Shown here: positions 56,427 to 64,000 of the stretch, one piece after another | Layout: the number at the start of each line of letters is the position of its first letter | Position numbering within the stretch: the first letter of the stretch is position 1 | Source of the DNA: Candidatus Acidiferrales bacterium | Lineage (GTDB): Bacteria > Desulfobacterota > Binatia > UBA9968 | DNA length: 64,000 nt | Direction: 5' to 3' | Assembly (NCBI GenBank): GCA_035559995.1 | Contig: DATMAM010000040.1 | Location: 197,452 to 261,451 of the forward strand | The notes under the pieces: model-generated | The model's input: only the letters and a program-made list of their open reading frames with translations | Database searches by the model: none | Told to the model about the DNA's origin: nothing | Translations under genes and position numbers: made by a program

Positions 56427-56807
56427 TCATCGACACGCCTCGCCCCTGATGACGCCATCCTGGCTCGAAAACGTCCACACGCCACTTCCTTCAGCGCAGC
56501 CAGCAAGAGCCTGGGCCGTGATCGTGAATGACGCCTGCGATCCTTCAACGTGCAGATCCACGTTGTCGCTCCTTCGGTAGCCGCCGAGCGCCAGCTCTTC
56601 GACGGATTGCGCGTAGCGGCTGCGCTGAGAAAAGACATCCTCTTGAGCCGTCGCAGCATACTTGAGATCGGCCCGGACGACGGCGTCGATCGCGCGCTTT
56701 CGATAAGAGACGTATTGAGGGATCGCGATGGCGGTGATGATCCCCATGATTGCGATTACGACCAAGAGCTCGACTAGCGTAAATCCTCTATGCACATCGC
56801 ACCTCAC
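56427..56807 (-). CDS. type IV pilin-like protein (prepilin with class III signal peptide) inside tail module
   Basis: ...HRG/FTLVELLVVIAIMGIITAIAIPQY prepilin peptidase site with Glu+5; C-terminal Cys pair (AGCAEG...GEAC). Confidence 0.65.
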   Translation of the reverse strand: MRCDVHRGFTLVELLVVIAIMGIITAIAIPQYVSYRKRAIDAVVRADLKYAATAQEDVFSQRSRYAQSVEELALGGYRRSDNVDLHVEGSQASFTITAQALAGCAEGSGVWTFSSQDGVIRGEACR

Positions 56808-58363
56808 GCTTTGGCATCCGGCGTTTGCAGCCGGCGGAAGACACCAGGAACAAACCGCTCGCCGCGGAAATTGTAGATGTTCCGAAATGTATCCCTGCAG
56901 GTTTCCGGCGTGCGGTCACACCCGACGATGATTTCGAACTGATCCCCAGGCTCGATGTTGTAGGGCGTGTCATCCATGAGCTCGATCTCGCGCACCGTGC
57001 GCGTGGCGAGCGTGCCGCCTGCCGTCGCGCTCGGAATCCCTTCTACCACTCTCACCTGCGTGCGCTGGGTGGTTGGATTGTAGTTAAGCGAGCTCACGGT
57101 ATAGGTCCCGTTATTGTTGGCGGATCCCTCCACGACGACCGTCGACCCGATAAGGAGAAGCTGGTTTCCGCCGACTTCGAACTGCTGATTGATCTGGCTC
57201 ACCGCGACGATCGGCCACTTGGCGAAGCTGTCGCTCTTGATCTCGCTCTCCATCCAAATGTTATCGCTCTCTGATCCCCAGAGGATCCGACCGAAGCGAT
57301 ACCAGCCGTCCGGCTCCGTCGAGAAAAGGGGATTGTTCACCCTGAATTTGAACTTGGGCTCGAGCACGGAATAGACAGCGCCGCGCTTGATGTACGCTTC
57401 GATCGCCTTCCAGGTGACGCCCCCATCGACCGTCGTGGCGCCAATCGTCGTATTCCACACGGGCTCCGTTGCACCGGATGTTCCCGCGACGGCGCATTCG
57501 AAGTAGCGGCCGTTGGCAGCGGTGGGTTTCACAATCGAGCCGACGCCAGCATCCCGGAGCGCCCGCGCGGTGTAGGGCGTGTTGGCTTGCCAGACGGGCG
57601 GATCCAGGCGGACCTTGCAGAAGTTCACGTCGTCAGTATCCTCCTCGTCCTGGCCGTCGTACCCGAGAATGGGGGCGCGGCAATGCTTGGAGTAGACGTG
57701 CCCGACGGTCTGCTGCATGTAGTGCTCAAAGCTCTTGAACTCGGCCTCGTAGGTCAGCCGGCCGGTCGCGACCTGGCCGATGTTGCCGCGGCCGCCGGGC
57801 ATCCAGATTTTCCCCATCGAGAGGTCCATGTAGTTCACGAAAAAAAATTCCATCTCGCAGTTCGAGTACAGGCCGCGCTCGATGTCGAAGTCGCTGATGA
57901 ACTGGGAATCCAGGATGCCGATGAAATTGAAATTGCTCACGGCAAAATTGGACGCATTCCTGAGCTCGGTCGGCACATACGCGCGCGTGGGGTTGTACTT
58001 CACGTTCTCGAAGGTGAGGCCCTTGAAATACGTGGTGAACCCGATCACCCGCCGCGCCACACCGCCGCGCTCGTAGGTCGCAAAGCCAGTTGAATTGACG
58101 GGAATCGAAAACGTCGTCGGCGTCAGCACGGTGATGGGATACTCGGCGCCGTTCACCTGGGTCATGCCGCGCACGCGCACGATCTTGACAACGTCGCCAG
58201 TCGAAAGCAGGTGCTCGAACTTGGTGGTCACGACAGCGGGATTTGCCTTTGAGATGTTTGCAATCTGAGGCTGATGCTTCTGCTCGATGATCTTCAAGCA
58301 CTTGGTCACCGTAACCCAGGGCTCCTTGAGATGGTTGAGGAGAGCCGCCGAAGCACCCTTCAT
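56804..58363 (-). CDS. phage tail hub protein (BR0599/DUF2163-like, GTA g13-like)
   Basis: C-terminal FEIIVGCDRTPETCRDTFRNIYNFRGE motif typical of BR0599 family. Confidence 0.55.
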   Translation of the reverse strand: MKGASAALLNHLKEPWVTVTKCLKIIEQKHQPQIANISKANPAVVTTKFEHLLSTGDVVKIVRVRGMTQVNGAEYPITVLTPTTFSIPVNSTGFATYERGGVARRVIGFTTYFKGLTFENVKYNPTRAYVPTELRNASNFAVSNFNFIGILDSQFISDFDIERGLYSNCEMEFFFVNYMDLSMGKIWMPGGRGNIGQVATGRLTYEAEFKSFEHYMQQTVGHVYSKHCRAPILGYDGQDEEDTDDVNFCKVRLDPPVWQANTPYTARALRDAGVGSIVKPTAANGRYFECAVAGTSGATEPVWNTTIGATTVDGGVTWKAIEAYIKRGAVYSVLEPKFKFRVNNPLFSTEPDGWYRFGRILWGSESDNIWMESEIKSDSFAKWPIVAVSQINQQFEVGGNQLLLIGSTVVVEGSANNNGTYTVSSLNYNPTTQRTQVRVVEGIPSATAGGTLATRTVREIELMDDTPYNIEPGDQFEIIVGCDRTPETCRDTFRNIYNFRGERFVPGVFRRLQTPDAKA

Positions 58364-58471
58364 CGCGCGACCTCGACAATCACGAGAGCGACGACTCCAA
58401 CAAATACAAGCACAATCAGCGGCGAGGCCAGGAGAAGGATCAGCGGGTAATGCCACCAGTCCTCCGGCAAA

Positions 58472-59353
58472 TTAAAGAATTTCTTCAACTCTGACCTCCT
58501 TGAGCGTGAGCTCCTGCTCGCCGGCCTCCCACGCGATCCACGAGGTCGGGAGCGCCTTCACCGTGCAGCGGACCGGGACGTCGAACTCAAAGCCGCCCTT
58601 CACGTTTCCTTCGCCGGCCTGCGGGTTTGTGTTGATGACGCCTCCCGAGGTGTACGCGCTGAAGGCAAGCGTCGTGATATTCACGGTGAACACTGTCGAT
58701 GACTGGACGCTCACCACGTTGCCTCTGAGCCCGTTGATCTGAGTCATTCCGGAAACGCCGCTAAAGTGGACGCTGTCGCCGACAGCAAGCGTGTGCCCGG
58801 TCGACGTCGTCACCTGCGCCTGGGCGGCCTGAGTGATGTTGGTGATCGAGCGCTGGACGTTGGCAGCGAGTGTGTAGAGGCCGGTGTTGTTGTTGATCGT
58901 GAATCGGCTCGAGGGAATCTCTGAATTCTGCACGCCGAGCTTCGCTGTGCCAGCGACGATTTTGTAGATGGTTCGCTCGGTGGTGATACCGGCGCCAATG
59001 TCGTAAGTCTTCTTCGCCTGGTAGGTGAGCGTTACGCCGTCGGCGATCCCGAGCACCTGGTCGAACGCGGTCACGTCAGCGCTCCGGTTTCCGCTCCGGT
59101 AATCGTTCCAGTCCTTGAACCGAAACCAGTGGAACATCCCTTTGATGACATGGAAGTAATCGCGCACGAGCTCGAGATCAGCTTCCTCGCGGATCCCATA
59201 ACCGACGTCGTACTCGTGCAGCGGCTCCGGCTGGTCGAGAATCGCCTGTGAGTGGCCCCCATAGAGCTCGGTCACCCCCACCTCGTACATTGCATAACCG
59301 ATGGATCGAAAATTGATGTTCGAGGGGAATCTTGGTGACTCGATCATCGCCAT
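58472..59353 (-). CDS. distal tail protein (DUF2460/GTA g12-like)
   Basis: 293 aa directly downstream of tape measure. Confidence 0.5.
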   Translation of the reverse strand: MAMIESPRFPSNINFRSIGYAMYEVGVTELYGGHSQAILDQPEPLHEYDVGYGIREEADLELVRDYFHVIKGMFHWFRFKDWNDYRSGNRSADVTAFDQVLGIADGVTLTYQAKKTYDIGAGITTERTIYKIVAGTAKLGVQNSEIPSSRFTINNNTGLYTLAANVQRSITNITQAAQAQVTTSTGHTLAVGDSVHFSGVSGMTQINGLRGNVVSVQSSTVFTVNITTLAFSAYTSGGVINTNPQAGEGNVKGGFEFDVPVRCTVKALPTSWIAWEAGEQELTLKEVRVEEIL

Positions 59354-59355
59354 CG

Positions 59356-62300
59356 TCAGTTCATCCCCAGACGGCTCGCCATCGTGCGGCCGGCCTTATA
59401 AAGATCGCCCGTGATCTGGCTTCGGTTTCGCCGGATGCTTTGCGCGTCGTTAGCGTGAATGTGGAGATGCTCGATTTTGAAGTCACGCACGCCGGAGTTG
59501 TTCGGCTGGATTCCCGTGGCGCCGCTCGACACTGGGATAATCTGCTCACCCTTCTCCAGAATCGCAGGCACCTCGTTCGCCATGAGGCCAACGCCGGCGC
59601 TTCCCGCGTGATAACGCTCCGCATGCTCGAAGACAGCGGGATCGATCAGGCGCTTGACCGGGAGCTCGCCGGCCTTCCCGCCCATGTGGCCGACGCCGAG
59701 CAGCGCGCCGAACTCCATGTCGAGGAAATCCATGGCGCTCGTTCCCGCTCCAGCGACATCGGTGAAAGCGTCGACCGGACCGCCGCCAAACAGACCGCCT
59801 ACCATGCCGAAAAGACCTCCGATTCCACCGGCGCCACCACCGCCACCGCCGAAGCTCGTGTTTGCAAGAGACAATAGCCAGCTCGAGAAAGAAGACGTGG
59901 ACTTCGACGCATCCTGGAGTCCGAGATCGAACTCCTTCACCGTACCCTGCAGCGCCTCCAGGCCAACGGTGCTCTGCGAGAGCATGGCACCGAATTCCTG
60001 ATCGAGAGCATCGAAGGTATCGAGAGTCTTCATGAGCACTTCGTCGGGCGTACCCCCGCGCGGGGCGAAGATGTCGCCCGGACCTGTGATCAGAGCGCCG
60101 AGCCCGCGCACGCTGTCGCTCAGGATTTCGGCGAGCTCAGCGCCGCAGCATTCAGTCTTTGGCATGGGAGCGAACATGCCCGAAAGGGCGCCTGCCCGCG
60201 TTGCACCGCCGGTCAGCCCTGCAACCTGAGCGCCCATCTCGCGATCGAGCTGCTCCCACACCTCGAAGGTCTTCTCCATCTCCGGCGTCGGTGAACCGCC
60301 TTTCGGCCCGAGCACATCGGTTTTTTGGCCAACGCCGAACAGCGCCGAGAAAAATCCGCCGATGCCGGTGCCTTCCGCGAGCGCCGAATTGATCGCCATC
60401 TCGATCTGGGCGTCGAGCCACTTCGAAACGATCCGGTCGATGACATCGAAAATCTTCTTTCCGAAGTCCTCCCAGCTCCGGATCTCGCCGCGGCGGAAAT
60501 CGTCCCAGATTGACTTAATTCCAGATGCCGCGTCCCGGAAGACATCTTCGATCCGGGCGGCTTCCTCGAGCTCGCGGAGCTCGGCAGCGAGATCCTCGAT
60601 CTTCTGCTGGCCTTCCGGAAAGCGATCGAACCCTTGGGCGATCAGATCCTGGATGGCCGTGCGGACAGAATCGATCTTCGCCCTGATGGAATCGAAACTC
60701 CCGCCGAACACCTTGGCCTGAGCGTCGATCTGTCGGAGTTCCTCCTCGAGCCGCACGAAAGGTTCGTTGAGTTTTTTTGAAGCCACGGCATCTACCATCT
60801 CGCGGCGCTTTGCCGCTTCGGCCTCGATGGCGGCGATCACCTGGTCGCGCGCTTCCCCCGTAGCAGCAGCCCGCGCCTGTTCCGCCTCGACCGCAGCAGC
60901 TCGCCAGTCTTCAATGACCTTCAGGCGCTCCTCGCGCTCGCGCCGGATCTCCTCAAGGATCCTGCCCGACTGCGACATGAGCTCGAGCTCAAGCTGCCTC
61001 GTTAAATCCGTGGCCGCCTTGCCCGTGTCCGTGCGAATTTTCTGCAGATCGAGCTGGCTTGCGAGGCTGACTGCCTCGGCCTGGGCCCGCTTGAGCTCCT
61101 CGGTGAAGCGCATCACGTGCGCCGTGAGCTTCCCGAGGTCCTTCTCGTTCAGCGCGTCGACATCGACGCCGAGCGATCGGAGGAGAGCGTCCGCCTGCTT
61201 CACTACGGGAACAAATTCGGACGGTATGGGGAGCTTCTTTGCGGCAATCTCGTTCTTCGCAGCCAAAATAGCCATGGCCTGAGAGGCCTCGAGAGCAGCC
61301 TCCTCGCCACGCTTGAGCTCGATTACCTGGAGCTGGAGATCACCGATATGGTCCTGTGCGGACTTCCGCAGGCCCTCGATGATCTGCCGCGCCTCCTCGA
61401 GCTTCTTTGGATCGGCAAGAGGAGTCCACGCCTTCTTTGCCGTCTCGCCGGTTTTGGCCACCTCCTGGCCGGCTTTGGTGAGCTCGTCCATTCGGTCCTT
61501 GGCTTCCGCCAGGTCGAACGCGATGGCTTGAATGTCCTTGCGGTTCCCGAGAGGCGTAGCGACAGGAATGTTTTGCAGATCGAGAAACCTTTTGCGGATC
61601 TCGGGCCCGGTCATCTTCTCAAGCTCAGCGCGCGCGATGCCGGTCCGCGACGCGAGCTGAGCCATCATGAGCCCTGCCTGACCGGAAATTTTTCCGAGCT
61701 CCTCGACTCGAGAGAGAGGAATCAGGCCGAGCAGTTTTCCGATGTCAGCAGCCCACTCACCGACCTTCGCCTTCGGCAGGAGATTGATGATTTCGGTCAG
61801 CCCCCGCGCGATCATCGCGAGGCCTTCGACGGCGACCTTGATGTACGGACCCCATGCGGCGGCAGCGGCAATTAACGTGTTCTTCGTCTCGGTCAAAGAA
61901 TCACCCATCTCGTCGAGCGATCGGGCGGCGTCGGCCCTGATCACGCGGCCGGCGGCTTCCGCTTCCATGCGGAGTTTCGCCATTCCCTTTTCGGCGACCT
62001 GTTCCAGCGTGGCGTTGAGCTCAGTCCCGGATCCGCGGAAGAGCGCCATCTGGATCTGCGTCTTGGCGGCCGCGTCATCGACATCGCCGAGCCTTTGCGC
62101 GATCAGCTCAAAGACCTGGTCGGTCTTGAGTCCCTTTAGCTGCTCAGCGTTCAGACCGATTTTGGCAAGCGCCGACGCGGCGCGCTGGCCCTCTTCGTCG
62201 GCGACGTTGGCGAGGTTTCGCTGGAGCTGAAGCAGGCCGGTGGAGAGCGTCTCGAACGACGCCTCGTTCGTCTCGGCGACGTTCTTTAGGACGGAGAGGT

Positions 62301-62514
62301 TCTCGACGGAGATTTGCGTTTTCCGGGAGACAGAAAGGAGTTGCTCGCCGGTGTCGGCGACCTCCTTCGCAAACCGCACGAGGGAGATCCCGGCGAACAC
62401 GCCGGCGGCGGCCTTGGCGACACCGCTCAGGACGGACTGAGTTTTGGTGGCCGCGCGCTCAACGCCCGTTGTGTCGCCGAGAAAGCGAAAGAGCACGTCA
62501 CCGACGTTGGCCAC
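59356..62514 (-). CDS. tail tape measure protein
   Basis: 1052 aa, long coiled-coil, Gly-rich segments (GGGGGAGGIGGLFGMVGGLFGG). Confidence 0.8.
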   Translation of the reverse strand: MANVGDVLFRFLGDTTGVERAATKTQSVLSGVAKAAAGVFAGISLVRFAKEVADTGEQLLSVSRKTQISVENLSVLKNVAETNEASFETLSTGLLQLQRNLANVADEEGQRAASALAKIGLNAEQLKGLKTDQVFELIAQRLGDVDDAAAKTQIQMALFRGSGTELNATLEQVAEKGMAKLRMEAEAAGRVIRADAARSLDEMGDSLTETKNTLIAAAAAWGPYIKVAVEGLAMIARGLTEIINLLPKAKVGEWAADIGKLLGLIPLSRVEELGKISGQAGLMMAQLASRTGIARAELEKMTGPEIRKRFLDLQNIPVATPLGNRKDIQAIAFDLAEAKDRMDELTKAGQEVAKTGETAKKAWTPLADPKKLEEARQIIEGLRKSAQDHIGDLQLQVIELKRGEEAALEASQAMAILAAKNEIAAKKLPIPSEFVPVVKQADALLRSLGVDVDALNEKDLGKLTAHVMRFTEELKRAQAEAVSLASQLDLQKIRTDTGKAATDLTRQLELELMSQSGRILEEIRREREERLKVIEDWRAAAVEAEQARAAATGEARDQVIAAIEAEAAKRREMVDAVASKKLNEPFVRLEEELRQIDAQAKVFGGSFDSIRAKIDSVRTAIQDLIAQGFDRFPEGQQKIEDLAAELRELEEAARIEDVFRDAASGIKSIWDDFRRGEIRSWEDFGKKIFDVIDRIVSKWLDAQIEMAINSALAEGTGIGGFFSALFGVGQKTDVLGPKGGSPTPEMEKTFEVWEQLDREMGAQVAGLTGGATRAGALSGMFAPMPKTECCGAELAEILSDSVRGLGALITGPGDIFAPRGGTPDEVLMKTLDTFDALDQEFGAMLSQSTVGLEALQGTVKEFDLGLQDASKSTSSFSSWLLSLANTSFGGGGGGAGGIGGLFGMVGGLFGGGPVDAFTDVAGAGTSAMDFLDMEFGALLGVGHMGGKAGELPVKRLIDPAVFEHAERYHAGSAGVGLMANEVPAILEKGEQIIPVSSGATGIQPNNSGVRDFKIEHLHIHANDAQSIRRNRSQITGDLYKAGRTMASRLGMN

Positions 62515-62791
62515 GTTTCCTCCTCACGACCTTGGCGCCGGCAGCTATGAACCCCTGGATTCGGGCGAGGTCGGCCTCAACGCTTCCCTGGAATTGATCG
62601 CGGTAGCGCGGGATGAAGTCTGCTTCGCTCTGGGCGGGATTCTTGCCGCGGTTTAGGTTGAACAGCTTAGCGCCGAGGATGGCTATCCGGTAATCCTCGT
62701 GCCTGGGCCCGAAGGGCTCCTCGCGCCAGTAGTCTTCCCAATCTGACAGCTCGCTCGAGGAGCAGCGTGAGAGCAGCTCATTGACCGTCAT
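62498..62791 (-). CDS. tail assembly chaperone, frameshift-extension ORF (gpT-like)
   Basis: Frame open upstream through A9 run in preceding gene; overlaps tape-measure start. Confidence 0.5.
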   Translation of the reverse strand: MTVNELLSRCSSSELSDWEDYWREEPFGPRHEDYRIAILGAKLFNLNRGKNPAQSEADFIPRYRDQFQGSVEADLARIQGFIAAGAKVVRRKRGQRR

Positions 62792-63221
62792 TCCCAGTTC
62801 CCGCGCCAGGCGGTGATAGAACTTGCGCTGCGGCGTTAGCTGACGGCGGCCCGTCAGATTTTTTTTTATCGCGGGGCCGCATCCCGGAAAGGTCCATCGC
62901 GACGTCCCAGATCCGGTCGAGCGCGGCGGCGCTTACGTTCCTCAGCGCCTCGAAGTCCGCCTCTTCGAAAAGCTGGTTTCCGTGCTCATCGATGCAGCAC
63001 ATGAACGCAATCCGCGCGCGCGCCTCGAGGATCGACGGATCGTTCCGCTGCTTTGACTCGACGATTAGCGTCTCGTACAGATCGCGCTCGTGCCCGGTGA
63101 GCTCGCGCACAATCACTTTGCCGCCAAGCTCGGGGATCTCCACAATCTCCTGCTTGAGCGCTTTGCCGGCTTTCAGAAAAGCATCGCGGCTGAGAAAGCC
63201 GCCGCTTCCGTTGACGCTCAT
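62778..63221 (-). CDS. tail assembly chaperone (gpG-like)
   Basis: 147 aa between major tail and tape measure genes; contains slippery A9. Confidence 0.55.
   Translation of the reverse strand: MSVNGSGGFLSRDAFLKAGKALKQEIVEIPELGGKVIVRELTGHERDLYETLIVESKQRNDPSILEARARIAFMCCIDEHGNQLFEEADFEALRNVSAAALDRIWDVAMDLSGMRPRDKKKSDGPPSANAAAQVLSPPGAGTGNDGQ
62859..62867 (-). other. A9 homopolymer slippery site (programmed frameshift / transcriptional slippage) in chaperone gene
   Basis: GAT AAA AAA AAA TCT in 0 frame; +1 frame continues into 62498..62791 ORF. Confidence 0.5.
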
Positions 63222-63228
63222 AAATCTC

Positions 63229-63648
63229 CTAGTAGACGATCGTTAGCTGACCGCTCGGCTTGATCGTGGTGTTGAACCCGAGCACGTTCGCGACCGGCTG
63301 CTGCCAGCCGATACCAAGGACAAAGCCATCGTAGATGAGCTCGGTCGCGCCGGCGTCGGTGAGCACGTGCTTGAAGCCGCGCTTGGCCTTCGCCTGTTTG
63401 TCGGCGACGAGCGACTGGTGCAGGGGCTCGGAGGGATCATAGACCAGAGGGAACGTGACTTGGCCGGACCTCTGGATGGTTGGGATCCCTTCCTCGTAGT
63501 CACCAGGCGAGCTGTGGTGGGTCGTGTCTACCCAGTCGGTAAGATCGTTCGGCCCATCGATGTCGCGCACTCCGGGGATCGTCTGGAACAGGAGCGTGAC
63601 GGGATTTTTCCGCTGGAGCTGGGTGCCTTTCGCCCAAATGGCTTGCAT
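63229..63648 (-). CDS. major tail (tube) protein
   Basis: 139 aa, position upstream of chaperone pair; TP901-1/GTA g9-like size. Confidence 0.5.
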   Translation of the reverse strand: MQAIWAKGTQLQRKNPVTLLFQTIPGVRDIDGPNDLTDWVDTTHHSSPGDYEEGIPTIQRSGQVTFPLVYDPSEPLHQSLVADKQAKAKRGFKHVLTDAGATELIYDGFVLGIGWQQPVANVLGFNTTIKPSGQLTIVY

Positions 63649-63697
63649 GGTTCACCTCCTCAAATTGCCGAATTACGGAATTCCGAAATCACGGGAA

Positions 63698-64000
63698 TCA
63701 GACCATCGACGGGAGCTTGAGCACGGCAACCTTAACGTCCGCGTGGCCAACGTCGATGTAGATCATCCCGTCGCTCTGCTGAAATCCGGCCAACGGTGGA
63801 GCGAAGACGGCAAACTCGTTGGCTCCGAGCGAATAGTTTCCCAGATCGCCAGTGCGGTTGAACGCATCGACGACGCTCACGATCTTCGCGTTCTGCGCCG
63901 CGGCGTTGATGTTGTTGAAGATCACGACCTCGCGCCCAGTCGCCTTGAACGCCATCCCGTTCACCGCATCGCCAACGGTGAAACTAAAATCGTGCGCGTT
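63698..64000 (-). CDS. phage structural protein, partial (continues beyond window)
   Basis: ORF 63698..63964 with frame open to window edge. Confidence 0.3.
   Translation of the reverse strand, partial: NAHDFSFTVGDAVNGMAFKATGREVVIFNNINAAAQNAKIVSVVDAFNRTGDLGNYSLGANEFAVFAPPLAGFQQSDGMIYIDVGHADVKVAVLKLPSMV

Larger units (their letters stand above)
25229..64000. mobile_element. prophage (temperate siphovirus/GTA-like tail type) integrated at tRNA-Met; extends beyond window end
   Basis: Integrase abutting tRNA 3' end, xis, replication, HTH switch, lysis and tail genes; almost all on minus strand. Confidence 0.85.

Noticed and set aside
55856-56659. Full 267-aa ORF as NlpC/P60 protein
   Set aside because: First ~120 codons are Arg-rich and overlap the pilin ORF in another frame; only the C-terminal ~145 aa carry the NlpC/P60 Cys/His core

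Overview
This 64 kb window is high-GC bacterial DNA from a Gram-negative-type genome; MurJ, an orphan NuoB homolog, a type IV pilin, spanin-like lysis genes and a lipoprotein cytochrome c all point that way. It has two parts.

Positions 1-25.2 kb are a chromosomal backbone. They carry housekeeping genes on both strands: an AI-2E transporter, DUF3309, a DedA/TVP38 membrane protein, MscS, an SDR, and a VOC-amidohydrolase-SBP-VOC operon. A long minus-strand operon follows: REC-like gene, valS, nadC, birA, coaX, a divergent EF-G paralog, a Zn-ribbon protein, then murJ. After it come tRNA-Leu(CAG), cytochrome c, a HemJ-like membrane protein, polyprenyl synthase with ubiE/menG, an orphan nuoB, cspA, and a lower-GC APH-like kinase with a PPP phosphatase.

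At tRNA-Met(CAT) (25229-25302) a tyrosine integrase begins a prophage that fills the rest of the window (>38 kb) and continues past position 64000. Nearly all of it is on the minus strand. In order it contains:
- int and xis;
- a left arm of small genes (DUF1064, a SprT-like remnant, Zn ribbons);
- a replication module (replisome-organizer-like gene with internal iterons, RecA-fold ATPase);
- an HTH switch region with palindromic operators;
- a long leftward operon of small Cys-rich proteins, a PTP-fold CX5R phosphatase next to a 696-aa protein with a PEP-utilising-enzyme-like phosphohistidine motif, and a SWIM finger protein;
- a 625-bp AT-richer regulatory hub with a consensus promoter;
- a 217-aa moron gene with its own consensus promoter;
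- a translationally coupled ParB-like / GT-A x2 / NAD-epimerase cassette;
- lysis genes (GH108 endolysin, spanin-like);
- a GTA/siphovirus-type tail module (major tail protein, frameshifted chaperone pair with an A9 slippery run, tape measure, distal tail, hub, NlpC/P60, host-specificity protein, repeat-containing fibers) that has a type IV pilin-like gene embedded in it.

The best candidates for undescribed biology are the phage phosphohistidine-enzyme and phosphatase pair, the promoter-insulated moron, the ParB/GT/epimerase cassette and the tail-embedded pilin. All calls rest on reading motifs by eye; no database search was run.
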